Shown piece after piece: positions 11,770-23,530 of a stretch of DNA of 57,472 bases (positions are counted from its first letter, which is position 1; each line of letters begins with the position of its first letter). The stretch lies in the NCBI GenBank assembly GCA_000165425.1, contig CT868163.1, positions 496,001 through 553,472 on the forward strand, given 5' to 3'. The position numbers were made by a program, and so were the translations under genes. The notes under the pieces are model-generated. The model was not told the DNA's origin and did no database searches. It worked only from the letters and a program-made list of their open reading frames with translations. This DNA is from Paramecium tetraurelia (taxonomy: Eukaryota).

Positions 11770-12193
11770 TCAAACAAGGAATGAAATTTCAGCACAAGCA
11801 AAATTGGCTCCTTTGGCATTTTAAAACCAGAATTAGCATACGATTTTGCCCTAATACTATTTAAATCAAATTTACCGATGGAGTATAGGTAGGGAAGTTT
11901 TAAGTATGAGAATAAGTGACGGGGTCTCCCTTATCATAAACTTCATCTTCTGGGTAATTGTCTTCGAATGATTCAACTCCATTCCATTTGGCTTTGAGTA
12001 AGACATTTGACAATTCTGCATGTTGATTGGCACTTCCATAAAGAGTGATGGTCTCATCCACTCCTTTGGCTGGTTGTACACTGAATGTGGCACTAGTGAA
12101 TACGACCTTAGGATCTGCCATGCAATTGGTCACTTTGGTAGGAATGGCAGCAAGAGTTGTGGCAACAAGAAGAATAATTAGATTATACTTCAT
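11770..12193 (-). CDS. ML-domain (MD-2/NPC2-like) secreted lipid-binding protein
   Basis: Signal peptide; VTNC...QPAKG; extends the ORF track via TAA=Gln to QNFPTYTPS, intron, GKIVCQFWFQNAKGANFACAEISFLV*. Confidence 0.75.
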
Positions 12194-12341
12194 TCTTTAA
12201 TAATATTATTAAGCAAATCCTAGAAATGAGATTGGATTTGAATTGTAAAAATATGCAATCAAAAAAATAATATCTTTAATAAATAATATTATTATCAGGA
12301 TTTACGAATACTTAATTATTAATATATAAATTAATTTAATA

Positions 12342-13269
12342 ATGGGTTTGTATTTAACAAAACCTGAGACAGCTAAGCTAACTTAATCAGGTGAGGTATT
12401 TGATTTTGCTTATGCATCAACCGCGTTACAAGGTTGGCAAATCCAGTAGGATGAGTTTGTGATTATTAAAGAGAAGTTTGACCAAGACAACTGTTTATTC
12501 TGCATAGTGGAATAATATGGGGGAGTAGAATATGGTAAATACATCCAAGATCACATTGTGGAAGCACTCATTAATGACTAAGAATATAAATAGAAGAATT
12601 ACGACAAAGCAATTGTTGGTCTGTATGAAAGATTGGACAATCAGTTGAAAAATCAATTTAAGGAGAGCACCAGCTACCAGGGTGTTACTCTACTGTTAAC
12701 ATTGATTACTAATGAAAACATTTATGTAGCCAATGCAGGAGTACTTCATCTTTTTGATATCATAGTTGTCTAGATGTGTGATCAGATATGATGGCAAGCA
12801 CAAAGTAATGACAGTAGAACATTATCCAATAAATGATCTCGAGAAACAAAGGATTCTGGCTGCGGGAGGGGAAGTGTGGGAGAATAGACTAAATGCTCAT
12901 CTGCCGTATAGTAGAGGCCTTGGAAATTTCGAATATAAATCCAATTCCAATTTAGATCAGGGCAAATAACTTCTTATTTCTGTGCCAAGCATCAAGTATG
13001 TTGATAAGGAGGACACTGAGTTAATTTTGATGGGGAGTCATGGTGAGAATTATGCATAATGAATTTTAGGGTTTTGGGAAACTTGGACCAATAATGCCAT
13101 CACAGAGGTCATTTTGGAACGAATTCAATAGGGGAAAGCGTTGTCTGATATTTTGGAAACAATTTGTGATTCAATTGTGGCGTAGAATGTTGAATCAGAA
13201 TATGGAAAAGATAACATCTCAAGCATTTTAATTTATTTCTAAAGAGGATAAAAAAAACAAGTTATTTGA
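12342..13269 (+). CDS. PP2C/PPM-family phosphatase-like protein, predicted catalytically inactive
   Basis: MGLYLTKPE, QGW, YVANAG, EKQRILAAGGEV, SRGLG, GKDNIS; metal-binding motifs altered (see findings); 2 introns. Confidence 0.9.
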
Positions 13270-13303
13270 CAATGAATTAAAATAATTAATTTAATATATC
13301 TAA

Positions 13304-14654
13304 ATGTAAAAAAAACAACAATCTCAACCTTTTTTGTCAAACCAATAAGAAGTGCCGTTTTATTGTAGAGTTGTTCGAAAACATTTTTTTAGGGATCGCG
13401 TATATTAGTTAAAATACTACAATAACCAAATCACCATGACTTATGTAATCGATATTAACATACTTTAGCATCTGAATATGGATGCTCCAAAATATTTAAT
13501 GAAAATCGAGGAATTCACCACTTTTGAATGGCTGATCAAATAACAGAGGTTGTTTGGTTTCAAATTTCCATATCAAGGGAAATTAAAGGAGTTTCACGCT
13601 GATCAGACCGACCTGATGTAGCTCAGATAGAGATTGAGTAACAGGATGGTTTTCCTCAATCTAAGTTACAACTATAAATATCTTACTACTCTGGAATCAG
13701 GTTCGTTTGGTTAGGTATGTAATTAACATGAAGTTTATAGGTGACTTCCAACGAATGTTTCTTCAATAATAAGAAAGTGGCCATTAAACATATATTACTA
13801 AATGGCAAGAAAGACCATTAAAAACAAATAGAGAATGAAATACAGATTTTGAGATCAATTAAACACCCAAAATTGGTCGAGATCTACGAGGTCTTTAAAA
13901 CTGAACTGTATTACTAAATTGTGACTGAATTTATAGAAGGTCTTAATTTAAAACAGCTGATGTCCAATAAATTAAACCAATTTAAAAATGAGGAAATTTT
14001 AGAAATCATGCAAGTATAAATTTGATAAAATTTTAGTAATTATTTGAAGCTTTGACTTTTCTTCATCGAAACTAGATACTTCACAGAGATATCAAACCAG
14101 CTAACATTATGTACCATAATGGCAAGCTCAAATTGATCGATTTTGGGCTTGCTTGTTATGATGGAAAATAATTACTTGAAAATCCTAATTGTGGCACCGA
14201 AGGCTATGTGGCTCCTGAAGTCTTAAATGTTCATTAAACCAAATTAAACTATGATTTCAAAGTCGATGTCTACGGGGCTGGCTGCGTCTTGTACATGCTG
14301 TTAACTGGAACCAAATTAAATTAATCGAATCTCAGTTTTCAAAAAAATAAAACCTATCAAAATAGCGAAAATAGCTAATTGTTTGAATTAGTTAAAATAA
14401 TGACCAAACCTAATCCTTTTGATCGGCCTTCAAGTTTTTAAATCCTGGAATTGATACGGTTAATTAAAGAGAATTGTGCCTACGATATCAGCTTATGGTA
14501 CAGCAGTGCTTTTAATCTTTCTAACTCAAATAACTCTTACTAGACGGCATCTACTGCCAGATATGTTCATACTTCAAAGAATCAAAAAAGTGTTTGTAGT
14601 TTCAATAGTGCCAGAGGAATTGGCTAGACCCTCTCTAAATAAATTTTAAAATGA
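13304..14654 (+). CDS. Ser/Thr protein kinase (CAMK-like, ciliate-expanded type with N-terminal extension)
   Basis: ESGSFGQV, VAIK, HRDIKPAN, LIDFG, CGTEGYVAPE, DVYGAG; N-terminal RKHFFRDRVY...PKYL domain. Confidence 0.92.
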
Positions 14655-14749
14655 TTATAAAAATTGATTTCAATGTTGTTATCTTGCTATTGCAATCAAT
14701 ATTTATAAACAATAATTTATTTTTTAATAATATATGAAATCTATTTTTA

Positions 14750-15490
14750 TCATTTAAATCTCAATAGAATGCCTTTGAATATAGGAACTCCACCAAAGTT
14801 TAACTAATAAAAAGGAATGAGAATATTACATTGCTTAATTGCTTAGGATCTCTCTCACTAACTTATTGAGACTTCTTCTAAGTTAATTTAAATTCCCAAG
14901 AGCGGGATCTCTCACGAGGATCCTCAATAGGATCTTCAGCAGGTCCACAAATCGGAGTTGTCAACTATTTACTTTTTAAATGCAATTTACTTGAGATTTT
15001 GATTTCTGTTTGTTTAAGGGAGGAACTGCTTAGGCTTTTCTTTCTTTCTTCAGAATATCACGCTATTACTAAGTATACAAAGAATTTTCATACTTTGTCG
15101 ACCTTTTTTAGATAAAGACATTGAGATTTGAGAATGAAATTTTTCATAATCAAACTTTTGCACACTCCTTAACACTAGAAGAGATTTTTGAAGAAGCAAT
15201 CTAACTGTTTTCTTCTCTCTTCTATTAATTCTTCATTGTCATTGGTGGATCTCCACCAATTAGACGGAGGAAACTTCGGCAAACTCGCTTTAAGAGTCGA
15301 TAAGGATTCATGCAATAGTTTTAGATGGGAATAGCGATAATCCACTGAAAAGGAGCATCTTTGATTATTTTGCGGTGAAACTATATTTAAGAATCTGACG
15401 AAATACTTACATTAATTGATAATAGACTACATCATCATTCTTTTTGAAAGAGGGAACACAAATTGAGATAGCAAACTCATTTTCTTACAT
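14750..15490 (-). CDS. PX (Phox homology) domain protein
   Basis: VDYRYSHLKLLHESLSTLKASLPKFPPSNWWRSTNDNEELIEERRKQLDCFFKNL. Confidence 0.85.
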
Positions 15491-15785
15491 ATAATTATTT
15501 ATTTAATGTTTTTATATACTCACTTTTCCTACATTTATAATGTTTCCCCTAGAATATCCTTCTATCTTACTTTAGAGATCACCCAAACAACAAAAACGAT
15601 TTAAGTTCCTCTACATCCCTTTGTTGTACACGGGAACAGATTTATAATCGAATATTAATCAAATAAATCTTATTTTTTGAATAATTTATATAACAAAGCA
15701 TTACGTTAGAAGATTGAATGTTATAAAATATTTATAATTAATTATCAGGAATTTAGAATTTCATTTATTTGCTAATACTCTAGAA

Positions 15786-18700
15786 TCAAGTGTTTAATCT
15801 AAAATCTTAAACATAACATTTTACTTCATAAGGTGTCTAAGTCTTAAATTTCAAATTGCAATCGTTGATTTTACAAACAAATTCAATCGGAAATGATTTT
15901 ATTTCTGTAATCAATTTAAAATCAATCCTGCCCAGCCAAGTTCGATTCTCAGGTTTTATGAAATGCAAACCATTAAAATTCAATCCTTCATTTATATATA
16001 CATATATACCTATTAATACTTGATAACTAAGTTTAATTCCGAACTCTTTCTATTAAACCATCTAAATTGTTTCTTTCGAACATTCTACAAAAAACAATTA
16101 CATCCCAAACAAAACATTAGTCTAAAAACAAGTTACCATCAATAAGGATGATAAACTCTAAATCGAATAGTTCTTTTTATTTGGATCCTTCTTCTACGAT
16201 TGGGTCTAAAATTCCAAAAGTTAATTTTCCCTGTATGCCACTTCCCTTTAAATCTATTCTAACCAAATCTTCTCGGTATGCTATTTTATAACACAAGCAG
16301 GAATTGCTTTTTTCAATAGATTTCTATCAATTTTTTACTGGGTTGCAATACTATAGAATGCCGTCATCAAACAAAAATCTATGAAACTCAAAGGAAACGT
16401 TTAATCTTTTGCCAAAAATACAATTTCGAACATTAAACATTTCAATCTAACTTCATCCTATTGATATTCTAATTCTTCCTGTCTCCAAGGTAAGTATAAG
16501 TATTTTCTGAAAATAAATTGAAATTTTGTTCCATTGATAAACATATTTTTCAAAGATTTAAGAAACCCTGTTTTGCTAGTATCTAAAATAGTTGAAATCT
16601 TTTCATCATCCTCAATTACTCTTATTATTCCTGCTGTGTCCACTATAAATATTTTGAAATCAACAAAACACTTTAAATTAATTTGATTTGCAACTGCATT
16701 CTTTATGAACCAAGTTGTTGTGTTTTTCTTAAAGCCAACCTATAGGGTCTACCCAGTCAATATCATTATTTCAATGCAATATGGTTAATTGGCTGCTTCT
16801 TGCCCAATTTTTATCTATTTATCGTCTTCACTTATTTTAGATCTAAATTTCTCTTCTTGAAATGAATGGAGAAATTCTAAATTAGAATTCTTTTAATTCT
16901 TCTATTATCTCAATTTAGCCTTGTGCTAAAATAACTCAGGTTTTTACTTCATTTATTCAGGTAAACTATAGAATTTAGTGTCAAGATTTAGTATTTCCAA
17001 TACTTACCTCTAATATTCAGAGTTTTATATTATCTACGGAGAATTAAGTATAATTTATAACAGTTACTCCATCCTTAGCTTTCTTTCATCAATTACTTTT
17101 TAACTCTTTGATGACAAACTCTTTGCTATTGTTGGAATTTTCAGTTTGCTATCATATTTATTCACTAACTGAGTTAAACTTACCACTTGACTAAACCTTA
17201 TTAGACTTGTAATCTGAATAGTGTCAATAGTGAAGTTTGTCTTATAAAATGTAATATTCTTGTCGAACTTAGGATCTGATTCAGTCCCTAGTATTTCTAC
17301 CTTAACACAAATATTATTTATGTCTTGTTTTTTATCTATTTTTGATTCAAAAATCTCTTTTTATGAGTTTATTATAAGTTAAATTTTAGTCTTCAATATT
17401 TCTTTTGTCTTGCTATCCTCATTTACAATAATGATGGTCTCATTACGATTCACAAACTCAAAAGAATTCTTAATTATTAATAAATCTTTTATGTCCTTGA
17501 TAAATGACAGGTGTGTAATTGGAATATGAAGTTGATACTCCAAACTATTCTGCTTGTTTATTTTCGCAAATAAGAGTAAATTATTAAATGCGTATATAAT
17601 GATTCTTTGTTCTATTTTTTTTGTGTAAATAGAACAAATATCTTCAAAGATGAAATATATATTTGGTTCAAAGATTGTCAAATTTTAGATGTTTCCAAAT
17701 TGTTAATATAATTCAATTAACTTTGCCTATTTTAGATAGACATCCATTTCGCTATTGTTCTTGTCATTAATCTTTTCAATAGTTTCTAAACAATTTTTCA
17801 CATTTTAATAATCAGGATGAGATTGCATTGTATGTTTTAATAAGTCCTTGAATAAAAGTACATATTTAGGCAATCGCTGAACAGGTTTAATAGTGTAATC
17901 ATTTAGTGATAAGCCTTTTAATAAATTCTGTACTTCGATATCCTTGATACATTACTAGAAGGCAGGTATTGCTTCATATTAAGTAGTAATTTTTCTAGCC
18001 TGTTCATAAGCCTTGCAATATTCATAGTAGAATATAAACCCATTCAAAAGAGGAACTATGCTATCCATCACAATTGCATTAGGGTCCTTCAAATTATTTT
18101 TCTTTTACAATTCACTCAAGAATTCAGTATTAAATTTGAGAATTTCATGAATATTAAACATCATCTTTATATCGTCCTTTTTATTTGAAAATTGTTTAGC
18201 CAATTTGATTTTGATTGCATTTAGAATCTCCAAATCAGCTACATACTTAACCTCTGTTTGAATTAACTCATTCAATACATTTATTCTATATCTATTCATT
18301 TTTTCAATTAGTTGTTTTTCCTTTTCCTTCTTCTCTTTAGTCAGTTTGCATTTGATATATCGCTAAATATATATAATCTTATCCAATTATTCTAAGTAAT
18401 AACTGTCATCCTATACTAAAATTAATTGGTTCTAGTCATTGAATATAAGTTTTGATTATAAAATTGATTAAGTTCGATTCGGAATGCTTATTGATTATAA
18501 ATCCATAGATAACCTCTTGGATTTCTTCATTTGCGATGTAAATTCATTAGTTATCATACCTACATAAATTCTGTCTTCACTTTGTAATTCTTGATCATTG
18601 ACTTACTAAATCAATTCTTGCGAATATAATTAATCATTCTTCTCATTATCTTCTTCCCAATCATCTTCAAGTTGTGAGGACATTTGGCTTTATTTCTCTA

Positions 18701-19052
18701 ATTATCCTTCAATATGATCTCTCACTTAAGGGTTGTCATTAAACATTTTATTCAGGGTTTTGATTACATCACTTTCCCGTATAATGTGATCTTAGTCAGG
18801 CTTTTCTGATTGACTAAGTTCGACTAATATGAATAAAATACCCTTATATTAGATTTGAATCTTATTGCCCTTTGCTTGTCTAAGTAGATTTTAATGATTT
18901 AGATTATTGATCCTCTTCTTCTCTATCTTTTTGCGAGTTCTCCCAATATGACACTTTGCCTTTGACACTCCTAAACTTAAATTTAATATTACATCTTATG
19001 ATTGATTGCGATATGAAAATTAATCAATCCTAAACTTAAATAATACAATCAT
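15786..19052 (-). CDS. RhoGEF with IQ-DH-PH-PX-FERM architecture (5' end uncertain)
   Basis: IQ-like IIYIQRYIK; DH: VLNELIQTEVKYVADLE...LSLNDYTIKPVQRLPKYVLLFKDLLKHTMQSHPDY; PH-like block; PX: LIRFSQV...KIPTI...VIDERKLRMEQLL; FERM-like: IEIMILTGQTLQV...FQFIFRKYLYLP. Confidence 0.85.
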
Positions 19053-19825
19053 TTATAATTATTTGTATCTTAAAACGCAGAGCTTCAATTTCTATAGAAA
19101 ATCAGAATAGAATTCGATAAGATATAGAATGGATAATTTTTTATGTCATCATTAGATAATTATTAAAATAAAATCAACATTGTTTTCTATAAAACATCCT
19201 ATTTTATCAAAAACAATGAATAGATTCTATATTCTTTGTTATTTTACAAATTAATAACTTCAGAAGAAAACACAAAAGATTTTCGAAATACTATACGCAT
19301 ATTAATTAATCAGATTACTCAATAAAATATTCGTAAAGGAAATAGAATATTCCCAGAATAATCATAATTATTACCATAAATCAACTTTAATATTTATCAT
19401 AATAAAATAAATATGCTCATATGATACTAACATTAAACAATATGTAAAATTCTACTTGATTTATTGTTTGTATTTTTAATAATCATTCAATAAGTTAAAA
19501 TAAATAATTAAACTTTTTAATTATATGCTGTTGAATTCATTTAAATGGTAACTGGTAACTTTAATGAATTATTAAAATTTATAAGATTTAGAATTAATAA
19601 ACTTTTGAGAATATAAAATGGTTTTATTTAGAATTTTATAGATGATTTTAAATAATTGATTGTTAGTCAAGGTATTGTATTCATATTAACTGGTTGTTGG
19701 AATATTAAGGGATAACAGAATCTAATTGAAAATTGCTTGTAAGATGCATTAGACTGATGATAATGAATTTATTCATCACAAAAATATACTTTATATCTTA
19801 AAAAATTATTAATTAAAAATTATAA

Positions 19826-21217
19826 ATGTAATAATTCCAAAAAGAAATACCATAACAGCAAAAACTTTCTCCTGAAACTACTATCTATCTTGAGTATTTA
19901 GATTAGATATGGATGAAGACTAAACTTAATAGGTAATCTCTGAAGATTATTTATATCATATATTTAAGGAAGAGGGAGAAATTTAGAGCGTAAAAATTAA
20001 AAAGGATAAGCTGACTAAATAGTCGAAGGGACAAGCATTCATTACATTTAGAAATCGAGACTCAGCAGAGTAAGCTAGAAAAAAATTTAATAACTAAGTA
20101 TTCATTGAGAACAAAATCAGAGTTAAACCTTACTTCAATTTCCATAAAGTCGACAAGAAGGCCAATATATTTATTCGTAATCTTCCTGAAGATGCAGATT
20201 ATTTAGAATTAGAATAAGAATTTTCAAGATTTGGCAAAGTGTTATCAGTTGATGTCCATAGAGATTAAAGCGGAAAGTAATTAAAGTATAATTAGAGATT
20301 TAGTAATTTAGTTATGGTTATCTTTAATATGAAACTAAAGAAGATGCAGAAAAATTAATGAAGAGAATTCTAAATCATCCCATTACTCACAAAGGCAAAT
20401 TGATGAAACTTGAAAAATTTAAGGACTTATCTGAAAGAAAAGCAAATCAGCATCTATTTACTTAAGAGCATTTGCATCTAAGTTGTCATAACAATTGATG
20501 AGTTAAGATATTGTTGTTAGATCATTTGAATATGGGTGGCTTTTGGTGATTAAGGATTACTTAACAAGAGTTTAAGGTGATTAAGTGATGGACTGCTTTG
20601 TCAGAATAGATTCAGTTACCAAACAGCCATGGGCAATAGTAACATTCGAAACTTACAAAGAAGCTAAGGCAAACTTAGATAAATGCGAAGCTTTAAGGAA
20701 ACATCCATGCTTCAATTCAAATTCTCAAAAGGTAATTGAATTAATAAAAAAATATGGACCTCCTGTCAACAGTGATGGCAGCATTTCATTTACAATTGAA
20801 TAAATTACTCCATTCTTTGAAGAGATGAACAAAGACCCACATGATATTTTCAAAGGTGAAAATGATAATTTCTTTTTCAATTTGGCTTATAACAACCTCT
20901 TGAAAATAGATGAAAGACTAATGGTCATCCAAAACATCAAGAAAGATGTAACTAAGGATTAAATCTTAGAGTTTTTATCATAATTTGGAAGAGTTATTAG
21001 TTTAAAAATCGGAAAAACTAAAAATTCAAGAATTTAATTTTAATAATGCTTCGTCCATTATTAAACGATGTAAGATTTAAAAAGAGCTCGATCTGAACTT
21101 TTTGATGATAAGAATGAAAAAACTATTAAGCAAAGAAAAGAAATCTTTAAAGATGGTCACCCTGTAGAATCTACAAAAAAAAAACTCCAAAGTTGGTAAT
21201 CAATTGTATAAGGATGA
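19826..21217 (+). pseudogene. Multi-RRM (PABP-like) RNA-binding protein gene with apparent frameshifts
   Basis: RRM motifs TIYLE, KGQAFITF, ANIFIRNLP, YGYLQYE, SIYLRAF, PWAIVTF, MVIQNI; frame breaks near 19895-19930 and ~20445 not fixed by any GT-AG intron I can find. Confidence 0.65.
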
Positions 21218-21404
21218 TGGTCTATAACTAATTCATGATGAACAAGCTAATTGAATAATAAAAATTAACAAGCCAAATCAATATTTTAATGTTATATTTT
21301 TTAAGATTTATAATGCATTAAAACAAAGGCCAATTATAATAGTTTAAGATAAAGAAGAGATACTACAATATTTTAAAGAAATCTCAAGAAGAATAATTAA
21401 AATA

Positions 21405-23017
21405 TCATTCATAAATAGATTTCATGACTTTTTATCTAATCTCTGTTTAGATTATACCTTTAGTTTATTAATATTATTTCAATCTGTTTCTGGCATTTTG
21501 CAAGATCCCTTTATATTTTTTAGTTTTCTAAACTCATCAATATTAATGTACTTTTTATAACTGTAATTAATCCACATTCTACAATCCCTCAATCAGAGCA
21601 TCCTTAATTGTTTTAAATTCTAACTTTTTCTTTTCATCCTACTATTTCACCATTTCCATTAATTGATCAAAGGATGTAGGATACAATTTTAAAAATAATT
21701 CTCGAAATCTTTTTTAATCATCCACATCAAAAATATCTTGAAATTTAGCTCTTGGAATATATAACAAAAAACAATCATCGAATGCATTTATTTCTTCAGT
21801 TCTACTTTTTAATCCCAATGTTTCTTAAGTAACAATCTCATAATATCCTAATAATGACTAGGTTTCATATTTAATAGTAATTTCCTATCTTGTTGCAACA
21901 GTGTTTTATAACCATACCTTAGTTTTTACTGGCCACCTATTGGACTTTTCTAAATTGACAACAACCTTTTTAACCAGTATACCATTTTTAACAATATAAA
22001 AATTATCGATAGGATCTCCAACCTTATAAAGGCAATCCTTTGCTGACATGAATTTGCCTTTTAGATCTTCACATAATCTTTGGATTTTATGAGGTTGAAA
22101 ATTCTTAAAAAAATGGATTTAATTGATAAAATTAACCCACTTAGGTCTCTCTATTTTAAACAGGTTATTCAAACATTATTAATAATCCCATCGACTCAAA
22201 ATTAAAATATGAGAATTTTAAGTACAAATTAAAGTAGCATTTCTAGGAGCGTCTGTTTCTAATGCTTATCTTCCTAGATGCTCATTATCATGGAACTCTT
22301 TTACACACATATCCTAAAATATTTAATACTGATGCGTATACTTTTATCATCACTTTCACTGTTCCTTAAAAAATGATATACATGCAGTTCCCAATATCCC
22401 CTACTTTACACAAGGTTAAATCTTATTCAGATTTAATCTCCTTATATGTTAATCTACCTGCCAATTCTTGCAAAAGGATTAATGGCATTAATTTGAATAG
22501 ACTCAATTTTTGCAAATACAATGCTACAATTTATTTTTAAGCAGCATCTCTTTTGAAAGTTTCCATCCTGCAGATTGAAACAATCTTTAAATTTATATCG
22601 AAATCACTTAATAACCATTTAATTGATTCAATACCTATGAGATTTCCATTTTTGAAAATCATTTCTTTCTGAAATCCATTTAGGAAAAGAAAATTCATAA
22701 TTAACGTTGTTATTAGTTGTAATAACTTATTCAGATTATCTATTTACAAGTCTTCTCCTGTCATGTTAGCTTTTTCTAGCAGAAGACTGTGCGAGTGATC
22801 TTTAGGTTTATAAATTACTTAGAGATAGAGAAAATTTATTCTTTTCCAATCTAGACTAAGTTGGACTTTAGTTACAAGTCTTTGGTTCTTAATCAAGGTA
22901 ATTGTTAAAAAATTCCTTTCGTTCTGTCTGAAGTCCGTCATGAAATTACATAGTTCCAAATTTTTATCTGTATTTTTAAAGTTCTTTCTCATGAGTTTCA
23001 TCAAAAATTGGTTTCAT
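21405..23017 (-). CDS. Tandem cyclic-nucleotide-binding domain protein
   Basis: FPKWISERNDF; LCKVGDIGNCMYIIFQGTVKV; HLGRQALETDAPRNAT; second domain LYKVGDPIDNFYIVKNG. Confidence 0.88.
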
Positions 23018-23530
23018 ATATTAAATTAATAAGAAATATTTACAAAATTTAAATATTAATAATTCATACTTTCTTGAAAATGAAAATCCTTTTCTTCGAG
23101 AAAACAATCTCATTATACTTAATTATTTGAAATTTATCAAATCTAGTCTATGTCTCTAATGTTTCCAATTAATGTTACCGATTGCACTATTTCGATTTTG
23201 ATAAAATTGCTTGAAAGCATCCTTTATATGACATTTGATTAATTAAAATAGGAATTAGCATTATTAGATTCTCTGGCCTAATTATTCTACAAAATAATCA
23301 GACAAAGTTATGTCTTTAGATCTTTATAATTTTAACCAAGATGACATTTCCTTTAAAAATATTGTAATAGAATCTCAAAAACTAAAAAAGGAGTCTAAAT
23401 TGTTTAAATTTGGCTGTTCTATTGTGTCGGGAAATTTTAAATTTGATCTAGCTTTTTAATTATTTAATTATTGCATAAAATTATTGATACTCATTAAAAA
23501 TAATTGAAAATTAATTGGTTTTTTATTCTA

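Noticed and set aside
15580..15600. CACCCAAAC as a possible telomerase RNA template
   Set aside because: Lacks the C4-containing template expected for Paramecium telomerase RNA and the island is too short
18970..19045. Short direct repeat TCCTAAACTTAAA at the RhoGEF 5' end
   Set aside because: Only ~13 nt in AT-rich DNA, consistent with two similar intron 3' ends
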